Source: Eledone cirrhosa
Lineage: Eukaryota
Assembly: GCA_964016885.1 (NCBI GenBank)
Contig: OZ024746.1
Coordinates: 53,072,001 to 53,136,000 of the forward strand
Reading direction: 5' to 3'
Length of the DNA: 64,000 nucleotides
The position numbers and the translations under genes were made by a program. The stretch's first letter is position 1. Each line of letters begins with the position of its first letter. The notes below the pieces were generated by a model. It was not told the origin of the DNA. It saw nothing but the letters and a program-made list of their open reading frames with translations, and made no database searches. Shown here one piece after another: positions 12,001 through 24,000 of this stretch.

Positions 12001-15000
12001 AGAGGTTGCTGAGATGGTAGTGTTGTTGTTGTTATTCTAGTTAGTGGTTGCTGTGATGGTAGTGTTGTTGTTGTTATTGTAGTTAGTGGTTGCTGTAATC
12101 GTAGTGTTGTTGTTGTTGTTATTGTAGTTAGTGGTTGCTGTGATGGTAGTGTTGTTGTTGTTGTTGTTGTTGTTGTTGTAGTTAGTGGTTGCTGTTATGG
12201 TAGTATTGTTGTTGTTATTGTAGTTAGTGGTTGATGAGATGGTAGTGTTGTTATTGTTGTTCTTGTAGTTAGTGGTTCCTGAGATGGTAGTGTTGTTGTT
12301 ATTGTTGTAATTAGTGGTTGCTGTGATGGTAGTTTTGTTGTTGTTATTGTAGTTAGTGGTTGATGAGATGGTAGTGTTGTTGCTGTTGTTGTTGTTGCTG
12401 TTGTTGTTGTTGTAGTTAGTGGTTGCTGTGATGGTAGTGTTGTTGTTGTTGTTATTGTAGTCAGTGGTAGCTGAGAGGGTAGTGTTGTTGCTGTTGTTGT
12501 TGTTGTAGTTAGTGGTTGCTGTGATGGTAGTGTTGTTGTTGTTGTTGTAGTTAGTGGTTGCTGTGATGGTAGTTTTGTTGTTGTTGTTATTGTAGTCAGT
12601 GGTTGCTGAGATGGTAGTGTTGTTGTTGTTGTTGTAGTTAGTGGTTGATGTCATGGTAGTGTTGTTGTTGTAGTTAGAGATTGCTGAGATGGTAGTGTTG
12701 TTGTTGTTGTTATTGTAGTCAGTGGTTGCTGAAATGGTAGTGTTGTTGCTGTTGTTGTTGTTGTAGTTAGTGGTTGCTGTGATGGTAGAGTTGTTGTTGT
12801 TGTTGTAGTTAGTGGTTGCTGTGATGGTAGTGTTGTTGTTGTTATTGTAGTTAGAGATTTCTGAGATGGTAGGGTTGTTGTTGTTGTTGTAGTTAGTGGT
12901 TGAGGTCATGGTAGTGTTGTTGTTGTAGTTAGAGATGGCTGAGATGGTAGTGTTGTTGTTGTTGTTATTGTAGTTAGTGGTTGTTGTGATGGTAGTGTTG
13001 TTGTTGTTGTTGTAGTTAGTGGTTGCTGTGATGGTAGTGTTGTTGTTGTTCTTCTTGTTAGTGGTTGCTGTGATGGTAGTGTTGTTGTTGTTGTTGTTAT
13101 TGTAGATAGTGGTTCCTGTGATGGTAGTGTTGTTGTTGTTATTGTAGTTCGAGATTGCTGAGATGGTAGTGTTGTTGTTGTTGTTATTGTAGTTAGTGGT
13201 TGTTGTGATGGTAGTGTTGTTGTTGTTATTGTAGTTAGAGATTGCTCTGATGGTAGTGTTGTTGTTGTTGTTATTGTAGTTAATGGTTGCTGTGATGGTA
13301 GTGTTGTTGTTGTTATTGTAGTTAGAGATTGCTGAGATGGTAGTGTTGTTGTTGTTGTTATTGTAGTTAGTGGTTGTTGTGATGGTGGTGTTGTTGTTGT
13401 TATTGTAGTTAGTGGTTGCTGTGATGGTAGCGTTGTTGTTGTTGTTGTAGTTAGAGGTTGCTGTGATGGTAGTGTTGTTGTTGTTGTTATAGTTAGTGGT
13501 TGTTGTGATGGTAGTGTTGTTGTTATTGTTATTGTAGTTAATTGGTTGTTGTGATGGTAGTGTTGTTGTTGTTGTTATAGTTAGTGGTTGATGTGATGGT
13601 TGTGTTGTTGTTGTTGTTATTGTAGTTAGTGGTTGCCATGATGGTAGTGTTGTTGTTGTTGTTATTGTAGTTAGTGGCTGCTGTGATGGTAGTGTTGTTG
13701 TTGTTCTTGTTAGTGGTTGCTGTGTTGGTAGTGTTGTTGTTGTTGTTATTGTAGTTAGTGGTTGCTGTGATGGTAGTGTTGTTGTTGTTCTTGTTAGTGG
13801 TTGCTGTGTTGGTTGTGTTGTTGTTGTTGTTGTTGTTGTAGTTAGTGGTTGCTGTGATGGTAGTGTTGTTGTTGTTCTTGTTAGTGGTTGCTGTGTTGCT
13901 AGTGTTGTTGTTGTTGTTATTGTAGTTAGTGGTTGCTTTGATGGTAGTGTTGTTGTTGTTATTGTAATTAGTGGTTGCTGTGATGGTAGTGTTGTTGTTG
14001 TTGTTATTGTAGTTAGTGGTTGCTGTGATGGTAGTGTTGTTGTTGTTATTGTAATTAGTGGTTGCTGTGATGGTAGTTTTGTTGTTGTTGTTATTGTAGT
14101 TAGTGGTTGCTGTGATGGTAGTTTTGTTGTTGTTGTTATTGTAGTCAGTGGTTGCTGAGATGGTAGTGTTGTTGCTGTTGTTGTTGTTGTAGTTAGTGGT
14201 TGCTGTGATGGTTGTGTTGTTGTAGTTGTTGTAGTTACTGGTTGCTGTGATGGTAGTGTTGTTGTTGTTGTTGTAGTTAGTGGTTGCTGTGATGGTAGTG
14301 TTGTTGTTGTTATTGTAGTTAGTGGTTGCTGTGATGGTAGTGTTGTTGTTGTTGTTATTGTAGTTAGTGGTTGCTGTGATGGTAGTGTTGTTGTTGTTAT
14401 TGTAGTTAGAGATTGCTGAGATGGTAGTGTTGTTGTTGTTGTTATTGTAGTTAGTGGTTGTTGTGATGGTAGTGTTGTTGTTGTTATTGTAGTTAGTGCT
14501 TGCTGTGATGGTAGTGTTGTTGTTGTTATTGTATGTAGTGGTTGCTGTTATGGTAGTGTTGTTGTTGTTGTTGTTATTGTAGTTAGTGGTTGCTGTGATG
14601 GTAGTGTTGTTGTTGTTGTTATTGTAGTTAGTGGTTGCTGTGATGGTAGTGTTGTTGTTGTTATTGTAGTTAGAGATTGCTGAGATGGTAGTGTTGTTGT
14701 TGTTGTTATTGTAGTTAGTGGTTGTTGTGATGGTAGTGTTGTTGTTGTTATTGTAGTTAGTGGTTGCTGTGATGGTAGTGTTGTTGTTGTTATTGTATTT
14801 AGTGGTTGCTGTTATGGTAGTGTTGTTGTTGTTGTTGTTATTGTAGTTAGTGGTTGCTGTTATGGTAGTGTTGTTGTTGTTATTGTAGTTAGAGATTGCT
14901 GAGATGGTAGTGTTGTTGTTCTTGTTATTGTAGTTAGTTGTTGCTGTGATGGAAGTGTTGTTGTTATTGTAGTTAGTGGTTGCTGTGATGGTAGTGTTGT

Positions 15001-18000
15001 TGTTGTTAATGTAGTTAGTGGTTGCTGTGATGGTAGTGTTGTTGTTGTTATTGTAGTTAGTGGTTGCTGTGATGGCAGTGTTGTTGTTGTTGTTGTAGTT
15101 AGAGGTTGCTGTGATGCTAGTGTTGTTGTTGTTGTTGTAGTTAGAGGTTGCTGTGATGGTAGTGTTGTTGTTGTTGTTGTTGTTGTTATTGTAGTTAGTG
15201 GTTGCTGTGATGGTAGTGTTGTTGTTGTTATTGTAGTTAGTGGTTGCTGGATCGTAGTTTTGTTGTTGTTGTTGTTATTGTAGTTAGTGGTTGCTGTGAT
15301 GGTAGTGTTGTTGTTGTTGTAGTTAGAGGTTGCTGTGATGGTAGTGTTGTTGTTGTTATTGTATTTAGAGATTGCTGAGATGGTAGTGTTGTTGTTGTTG
15401 TTATTGTAGTTAGTTGTTGCTGTGATGGTAGTGTTTTTGTTTTTGTAGTTAGAGGTTGCTGTGATGATAGTGTTGTTGTAGTTGTTATAGTTAGTGGTTG
15501 TTGTGATGGTAGTGTTGTTGTTATTGTTATTGTAGTTAATTGGTTGTTGTGATGGTAGTGTTGTTGTTGTTGTTATAGTTAGTGGTTGATGTGATGGTAG
15601 TGTTGTTGTTGTTGTTATTGTAGTTAGTGGTTGCTATGATGGTAGTGTTGTTGTTGTTGTTATTGTAGTTAGTGGTTGCTGTGATGGTAGTGTTGTTGTT
15701 GTTCTTGTTAGTGGTTGCTGTGTTGGTAGTGTTGTTGTTGTTGTTATTGTAGTTAGTGGTTGCTGTGATGGTAGTGTTGTTGTTGTTCTTGTTAGTGGTT
15801 GCTGTGTTGGTAGTGTTGTTGTTGTTGTTATTGTAGTTAGTGGTTGCTCTGATGGTAGTGTTGTTGTTGCTATTGTAGTTAGAGATTGCTGAGATGGTAG
15901 TGTTGTTGTTGTTGTTATTGTAGTTAGTGGTTGTTGTGATGGTAGTGTTGTTGTTGTTATTGTAGTTAGTGGTTGCTGTGATGGTAGTGTTGTCGTTGTT
16001 ATTGTAGTTAGTGGTTGCTGTGATGGTAGCGTTGTTGTTGTTGTAGTTAGAGGTTGCTGTGATGGTAGTGTTGTTGTTGTTGTTATAGTTAGTGGTTGTT
16101 GTGATGGTAGTGTTGTTGTTATTGTTATTGTAGTTAATTGGTTGTTGTGATGGTAGTGTTGTTGTTGTTGTTATAGTTAGTGGTTGATGTGATGGTAGTG
16201 TTGTTGTTGTTGTTATTGTAGTTAGTGGTTGCTATGATGGTAATGTTGTTGTTGTTGTTATTGTAGTTAGTGGTTGCTGTGATGGTAGTGTTGTTGTTGT
16301 TCTTGTTAGTGGTTGCTGTGTTGGTAGTGTTGTTGTTGTTGTTATTGTAGTTAGTGGTTGCTGTGATGGTAGTGTTGTTGTTGTTCTTGTTAGTGGTTGC
16401 TGTGTTGGTTGTGTTGTTGTTGTTGTTATTGTAGTTAGTGGTTGCTGTGATGGTAGTGTTGTTGTTGTTATTGTAGTTAGAGATTGCTGAGATGGTAGTG
16501 TTGTTGTTCTTGTTATTGTAGTTAGTTGTTGCTGTGATGGTAGTGTTGTTGTTATTGTAGTTAGTGGTTGCTGTGATGGTAGTGTTGTTGTTGTTAATGT
16601 AGTTAGTGGTTGCTGTGATGGTAGTGTTGTTGTTGTTATTGTAGTTAGTGGTTGCTGTGATGGCAGTGTTGTTGTTGTTGTTGTAGTTAGAGGTTGCTGT
16701 GATGCTAGTGTTGTTGTTGTTGTTGTAGTTAGAGGTTGCTGTGATGGTAGTGTTGTTGTTGTTGTTGTTGTTGTTATTGTAGTTAGTGGTTGCTGTGATG
16801 GTAGTGTTGTTGTTGTTATTGTAGTTAGTGGTTGCTGGATCGTAGTTTTGTTGTTGTTGTTGTTATTGTAGTTAGTGGTTGCTGTGATGGTAGTGTTGTT
16901 GTTGTTGTAGTTAGAGGTTGCTGTGATGGTAGTGTTGTTGTTGTTATTGTATTTAGAGATTGCTGAGATGGTAGTGTTGTTGTTGTTGTTATTGTAGTTA
17001 GTTGTTGCTGTGATGGTAGTGTTATTGTTTTTGTAGTTAGAGGTTGCTGTGATGATAGTGTTGTTGTAGTTGTTATAGTTAGTGGTTGTTGTGATGGTAG
17101 TGTTGTTGTTATTGTTATTGTAGTTAATTGGTTGTTGTGATGGTAGTGTTGTTGTTGTTGTTATAGTTAGTGGTTGATGTGATGGTAGTGTTGTTGTTGT
17201 TGTTATTGTAGTTAGTGGTTGCTATGATGGTAGTGTTGTTGTTGTTGTTATTGTAGTTAGTGGTTGCTGTGATGGTAGTGTTGTTGTTGTTCTTGTTAGT
17301 GGTTGCTGTGTTGGTAGTGTTGTTGTTGTTGTTATTGTAGTTAGTGGTTGCTGTGATGGTAGTGTTGTTGTTGTTCTTGTTAGTGGTTGCTGTGTTGGTA
17401 GTGTTGTTGTTGTTGTTATTGTAGTTAGTGGTTGCTCTGATGGTAGTGTTGTTGTTGCTAGTGTAGTTAGAGATTGCTGAGATGGTAGTGTTGTTGTTGT
17501 TGTTATTGTAGTTAGTGGTTGTTGTGATGGTAGTGTTGTTGTTGTTATTGTAGTTAGTGGTTGCTGTGATGGTAGTGTTGTCGTTGTTATTGTAGTTAGT
17601 GGTTGCTGTGATGGTAGCGTTGTTGTTGTTGTAGTTAGAGGTTGCTGTGATGGTAGTGTTGTTGTTGTTGTTATAGTTAGTGGTTGTTGTGATGGTAGTG
17701 TTGTTGTTATTGTTATTGTAGTTAATTGGTTGTTGTGATGGTAGTGTTGTTGTTGTTGTTATAGTTAGTGGTTGATGTGATGGTAGTGTTGTTGTTGTTG
17801 TTATTGTAGTTAGTGGTTGCTATGATGGTAATGTTGTTGTTGTTGTTATTGTAGTTAGTGGTTGCTGTGATGGTAGTGTTGTTGTTGTTCTTGTTAGTGG
17901 TTGCTGTGTTGGTAGTGTTGTTGTTGTTGTTATTGTAGTTAGTGGTTGCTGTGATGGTAGTGTTGTTGTTGTTCTTGTTAGTGGTTGCTGTGTTGGTTGT

Positions 18001-21000
18001 GTTGTTGTTGTTGTTATTGTAGTTAGTGGTTGCTGTGATGGTAGTGTTGTTGTTGTTCTTGTTAGTGGTTACTGTGTTGGTAGTGTTGTTGTTGTTGTTA
18101 TTGTAGTTAGTGGTTGCTTTGATGGTAGTGTTGTTGTTGTTATTGTAATTAGTGGTTGCTGTGATGGTAGTGTTGTTGTTGTTGTTATTGTAGTTAGTGG
18201 TTGCTGTGATGGTAGTGTTGTTGTTGTTATTGTAATTAGTGGTTGCTGTGATGGTAGTTTTGTTGTTGTTGTTATTGTAGTTAGTGGTTGCTGTGATGGT
18301 AGTTTTGTTGTTGTTGTTATTGTAGTCAGTGGTTGCTGAGATGTTAGTGTTGTTGCTGTTGTTGTTGTTGTAGTTAGTGGTTGCTGTGATGGTAGTGTTG
18401 TTGTAGTTGTTGTAGTTACTGGTTGCTGTGATGGTAGTGTTGTTGTTGTTATTGTAGTTAGTGGTTGCTGTGATGGTAGTGTTGTTGTTGTTGTTATTGA
18501 AGTTAGTGGTTGCTGTGATGGTAGTGTTGTTGTTGTTATTGTAGTTAGAGATTGCTGAGATGGTAGTGTTGTTGTTGTTGTTATTGTAGTTAGTGGTTGT
18601 TGTGATGGTATTGTTGTTGTTGTTATTGTAGTTAGTGGTTGCTGTGATGGTAGTGTTGTTGTTGTTATTGTATGTAGTGGTTGCTGTTATGGTAGTGTTG
18701 TTGTTGTTGTTGTTGTTATTGTAGTTAGTGGTTGCTGTTATGGTAGTGTTGTTGTTGTTATTGTAGTTAGAGATTGCTGAGATGGTAGTGTTGTTGTTGT
18801 TGTTATTGTAGTTAGTTGTTGCTGTGATGGTAGTGTTGTTGTTATTGTAGTTAGTGGTTGCTGTGATGGTAGTGTTGTTGTTGTTAATGTAGTTAGTGGT
18901 TGCTGTGATGGTAGTGTTGTTGTTGTTATTGTAGTTAGTGGTTGCTGTGATGGTAGTGTTGATGTTGTTGTTGTAGTTAGAGGTTGCTGTGATGCTAGTG
19001 TTGTTGTTGTTGTAGTTAGAGGTTGCTGTGATGGTAGTGTTGTTGTTGTTGTTGTTGTTATTGTAGTTAGTGGTTGCTGTGATGGTAGTGTTGTTGTTGT
19101 TGTTATAGTTAGTGGTTGTTGTGATGGTAGTGTTGTTGTTATTGTTATTGTAGTTAATTGGTTGTTGTGATGGTAGTGTTGTTGTTGTTGTTATAGTTAG
19201 TGGTTGATGTGATGGTTGTGTTGTTGTTGTTGTTATTGTAGTTAGTGGTTGCCATGTTGGTAGTGTTGTTGTTGTTGTTATTGTAGTTAGTGGTTGCTGT
19301 GATGGTAGTGTTGTTGTTGTTCTTGTTAGTGGTTGCTGTGTTGGTAGTGTTGTTGTTGTTGTTATTGTAGTTAGTGGTTGCTGTGATGGTAGTGTTGTTG
19401 TTGTTCTTGTTAGTGGTTGCTGTGTTGGTTGTGTTGTTGTTGTTGTTGTTGTTGTAGTTAGTGGTTGCTGTGATGGTAGTGTTGTTGTTGTTCTTGTTAG
19501 CGGTTGCTGTGTTGCTAGTGTTGTTGTTGTTGTTATTGTAGTTAGTGGTTGCTTTGATGGTAGTGTTGTTGTTGTTATTGTAATTAGTGGTTGCTGTGAT
19601 GGTAGTGTTGTTGTTGTTGTTATTGTAGTTAGTGGTTGCTGTGATGGTAGTGTTGTTGTTGTTATTGTAATTAGTGGTTGCTGTGATGGTAGTTTTGTTG
19701 TTGTTCTTATTGTAGTTAGTGGTTGCTGTGATGGTAGTTTTGTTGTTGTTGTTATTGTAGTCAGTGGTTGCTGAGATGGTAGTGTTGTTGCTGTTGTTGT
19801 TGTTGTAGTTAGTGGTTGCTGTGATGGTTGTGTTGTTGTAGTTGTTGTAGTTACTGGTTGCTGTGATGGTAGTGTTGTTGTTGTTGTTGTAGTTAGTGGT
19901 TGCTGTGATGGTAGTGTTGTTGTTGTTATTGTAGTTAGTGGTTGCTGTGATGGTAGTGTTGTTGTTGTTGTTATTGTAGTTAGTGGTTGCTGTGATGGTA
20001 GTGTTGTTGTTGTTATTGTAGTTAGAGATTGCTGAGATGGTAGTGTTGTTGTTGTTGTTATTGTAGTTAGTGGTTGTTGTGATGGTAGTGTTGTTGTTGT
20101 TATTGTAGTTAGTGCTTGCTGTGATGGTAGTGTTGTTGTTGTTATTGTATGTAGTGGTTGCTGTTATGGTAGTGTTGTTGTTGTTGTTGTTATTGTAGTT
20201 AGTGGTTGCTGTGATGGTAGTGTTGTTGTTGTTGTTATTGTAGTTAGTGGTTGCTGTGATGGTAGTGTTGTTGTTGTTATTGTAGGTAGAGATTGCTGAG
20301 ATGGTAGTGTTGTTGTTGTTGTTATTGTAGTTAGTGGTTGTTGTGATGGTAGTGTTGTTGTTGTTATTGTAGTTAGTGGTTGCTGTGATGGTAGTGTTGT
20401 TGTTGTTATTGTATTTAGTGGTTGCTGTTATGGTAGTGTTGTTGTTGTTGTTGTTATTGTAGTTAGTGGTTGCTGTTATGGTAGTGTTGTTGTTGTTATT
20501 GTAGTTAGAGATTGCTGAGATGGTAGTGTTGTTGTTCTTGTTATTGTAGTTAGTTGTTGCTGTGATGGTAGTGTTGTTGTTATTGTAGTTAGTGGTTGCT
20601 GTGATGGTAGTGTTGTTGTTGTTAATGTAGTTAGTGGTTGCTGTGATGGTAGTGTTGTTGTTGTTATTGTAGTTAGTGGTTGCTGTGATGGCAGTGTTGT
20701 TGTTGTTGTTGTAGTTAGAGGTTGCTGTGATGCTAGTGTTGTTGTTGTTGTTGTAGTTAGAGGTTGCTGTGATGGTAGTGTTGTTGTTGTTGTTGTTGTT
20801 GTTATTGTAGTTAGTGGTTGCTGTGATGGTAGTGTTGTTTTTGTTATTGTAGTTAGTGGTTGCTGGATCGTAGTTTTGTTGTTGTTGTTGTTATTGTAGT
20901 TAGTGGTTGCTGTGATGGTAGTGTTGTTGTTGTTGTAGTTAGAGGTTGCTGTGATGGTAGTGTTGTTGTTGTTATTGTATTTAGAGATTGCTGAGATGGT

Positions 21001-24000
21001 AGTGTTGTTGTTGTTGTTATTGTAGTTAGTTGTTGCTGTGATGGTAGTGTTTTTGTTTTTGTAGTTAGAGGTTGCTGTGATGATAGTGTTGTTGTTATTG
21101 TTATTGTAGTTAATTGGTTGTTGTGATGGTAGTGTTGTTGTTGTTGTTATAGTTAGTGGTTGATGTGATGGTAGTGTTGTTGTTGTTGTTATTGTAGTTA
21201 GTGGTTGCTATGATGGTAGTGTTGTTGTTGTTGTTATTGTAGTTAGTGGTTGCTGTGATGGTAGTGTTGTTGTTGTTCTTGTTAGTGGTTGCTGTGTTGG
21301 TAGTGTTGTTGTTGTTGTTATTGTAGTTAGTGGTTGCTGTGATGGTAGTGTTGTTGTTGTTCTTGTTAGTGGTTGCTGTGTTGGTAGTGTTGTTGTTGTT
21401 GTTATTGTAGTTAGTGGTTGCTCTGATGGTAGTGTTGTTGTTGCTATTGTAGTTAGAGATTGCTGAGATGGTAGTGTTGTTGTTGTTGTTATTGTAGTTA
21501 GTGGTTGTTGTGATGGTAGTGTTGTTGTTGTTATTGTAGTTAGTGGTTGCTGTGATGGTAGTGTTGTTGTTGTTGTTATAGTTAGTGGTTGTTGTGATGG
21601 TAGTGTTGTTGTTATTGTTATTGTAGTTAATTGGTTGTTGTGATGGTAGTGTTGTTGTTGTTGTTATAGTTAGTGGTTGATGTGATGGTTGTGTTGTTGT
21701 TGTTGTTATTGTAGTTAGTGGTTGCCATGATGGTAGTGTTGTTGTTGTTGTTATTGTAGTTAGTGGCTGCTGTGATGGTAGTGTTGTTGTTGTTCTTGTT
21801 AGTGGTTGCTGTGTTGGTAGTGTTGTTGTTGTTGTTATTGTAGTTAGTGGTTGCTGTGATGGTAGTGTTGTTGTTGTTCTTGTTAGTGGTTGCTGTGTTG
21901 GTTGTGTTGTTGTTGTTGTTGTTGTTGTAGTTAGTGGTTGCTGTGATGGTAGTGTTGTTGTTGTTCTTGTTAGTGGTTGCTGTGTTGCTAGTGTTGTTGT
22001 TGTTGTTATTGTAGTTAGTGGTTGCTTTGATGGTAGTGTTGTTGTTGTTATTGTAATTAGTGGTTGCTGTGATGGTAGTGTTGTTGTTGTTGTTATTGTA
22101 GTTAGTGGTTGCTGTGATGGTAGTGTTGTTGTTGTTATTGTAATTAGTGGTTGCTGTGATGGTAGTTTTGTTGTTGTTGTTATTGTAGTTAGTGGTTGCT
22201 GTGATGGTAGTTTTGTTGTTGTTGTTATTGTAGTCAGTGGTTGCTGAGATGGTAGTGTTGTTGCTGTTGTTGTTGTTGTAGTTAGTGGTTGCTGTGATGG
22301 TTGTGTTGTTGTAGTTGTTGTAGTTACTGGTTGCTGTGATGGTAGTGTTGTTGTTGTTGTTGTAGTTAGTGGTTGCTGTGATGGTAGTGTTGTTGTTGTT
22401 ATTGTAGTTAGTGGTTGCTGTGATGGTAGTGTTGTTGTTGTTGTTATTGTAGTTAGTGGTTGCTGTGATGGTAGTGTTGTTGTTGTTATTGTAGTTAGAG
22501 ATTGCTGAGATGGTAGTGTTGTTGTTGTTGTTATTGTAGTTAGTGGTTGTTGTGATGGTAGTGTTGTTGTTGTTATTGTAGTTAGTGCTTGCTGTGATGG
22601 TAGTGTTGTTGTTGTTATTGTATGTAGTGGTTGCTGTTATGGTAGTGTTGTTGTTGTTGTTGTTATTGTAGTTAGTGGTTGCTGTGATGGTAGTGTTGTT
22701 GTTGTTGTTATTGTAGTTAGTGGTTGCTGTGATGGTAGTGTTGTTGTTGTTATTGTAGTTAGAGATTGCTGAGATGGTAGTGTTGTTGTTGTTGTTATTG
22801 TAGTTAGTGGTTGTTGTGATGGTAGTGTTGTTGTTGTTATTGTAGTTAGTGGTTGCTGTGATGGTAGTGTTGTTGTTGTTATTGTATTTAGTGGTTGCTG
22901 TTATGGTAGTGTTGTTGTTGTTGTTGTTATTGTAGTTAGTGGTTGCTGTTATGGTAGTGTTGTTGTTGTTATTGTAGTTAGAGATTGCTGAGATGGTAGT
23001 GTTGTTGTTCTTGTTATTGTAGTTAGTTGTTGCTGTGATGGTAGTGTTGTTGTTATTGTAGTTAGTGGTTGCTGTGATGGTAGTGTTGTTGTTGTTAATG
23101 TAGTTAGTGGTTGCTGTGATGGTAGTGTTGTTGTTGTTATTGTAGTTAGTGGTTGCTGTGATGGCAGTGTTGTTGTTGTTGTTGTAGTTAGAGGTTGCTG
23201 TGATGCTAGTGTTGTTGTTGTTGTTGTAGTTAGAGGTTGCTGTGATGGTAGTGTTGTTGTTGTTGTTGTTGTTGTTATTGTAGTTAGTGGTTGCTGTGAT
23301 GGTAGTGTTGTTGTTGTTATTGTAGTTAGTGGTTGCTGGATCGTAGTTTTGTTGTTGTTGTTGTTATTGTAGTTAGTGGTTGCTGTGATGGTAGTGTTGT
23401 TGTTGTTGTAGTTAGAGGTTGCTGTGATGGTAGTGTTGTTGTTGTTATTGTATTTAGAGATTGCTGAGATGGTAGTGTTGTTGTTGTTGTTATTGTAGTT
23501 AGTTGTTGCTGTGATGGTAGTGTTTTTGTTTTTGTAGTTAGAGGTTGCTGTGATGATAGTGTTGTTGTAGTTGTTATAGTTAGTGGTTGTTGTGATGGTA
23601 GTGTTGTTGTTATTGTTATTGTAGTTAATTGGTTGTTGTGATGGTAGTGTTGTTGTTGTTGTTATAGTTAGTGGTTGATGTGATGGTAGTGTTGTTGTTG
23701 TTGTTATTGTAGTTAGTGGTTGCTATGATGGTAGTGTTGTTGTTGTTGTTATTGTAGTTAGTGGTTGCTGTGATGGTAGTGTTGTTGTTGTTCTTGTTAG
23801 TGGTTGCTGTGTTGGTAGTGTTGTTGTTGTTGTTATTGTAGTTAGTGGTTGCTGTGATGGTAGTGTTGTTGTTGTTCTTGTTAGTGGTTGCTGTGTTGGT
23901 AGTGTTGTTGTTGTTGTTATTGTAGTTAGTGGTTGCTCTGATGGTAGTGTTGTTGTTGCTATTGTAGTTAGAGATTGCTGAGATGGTAGTGTTGTCGTTG

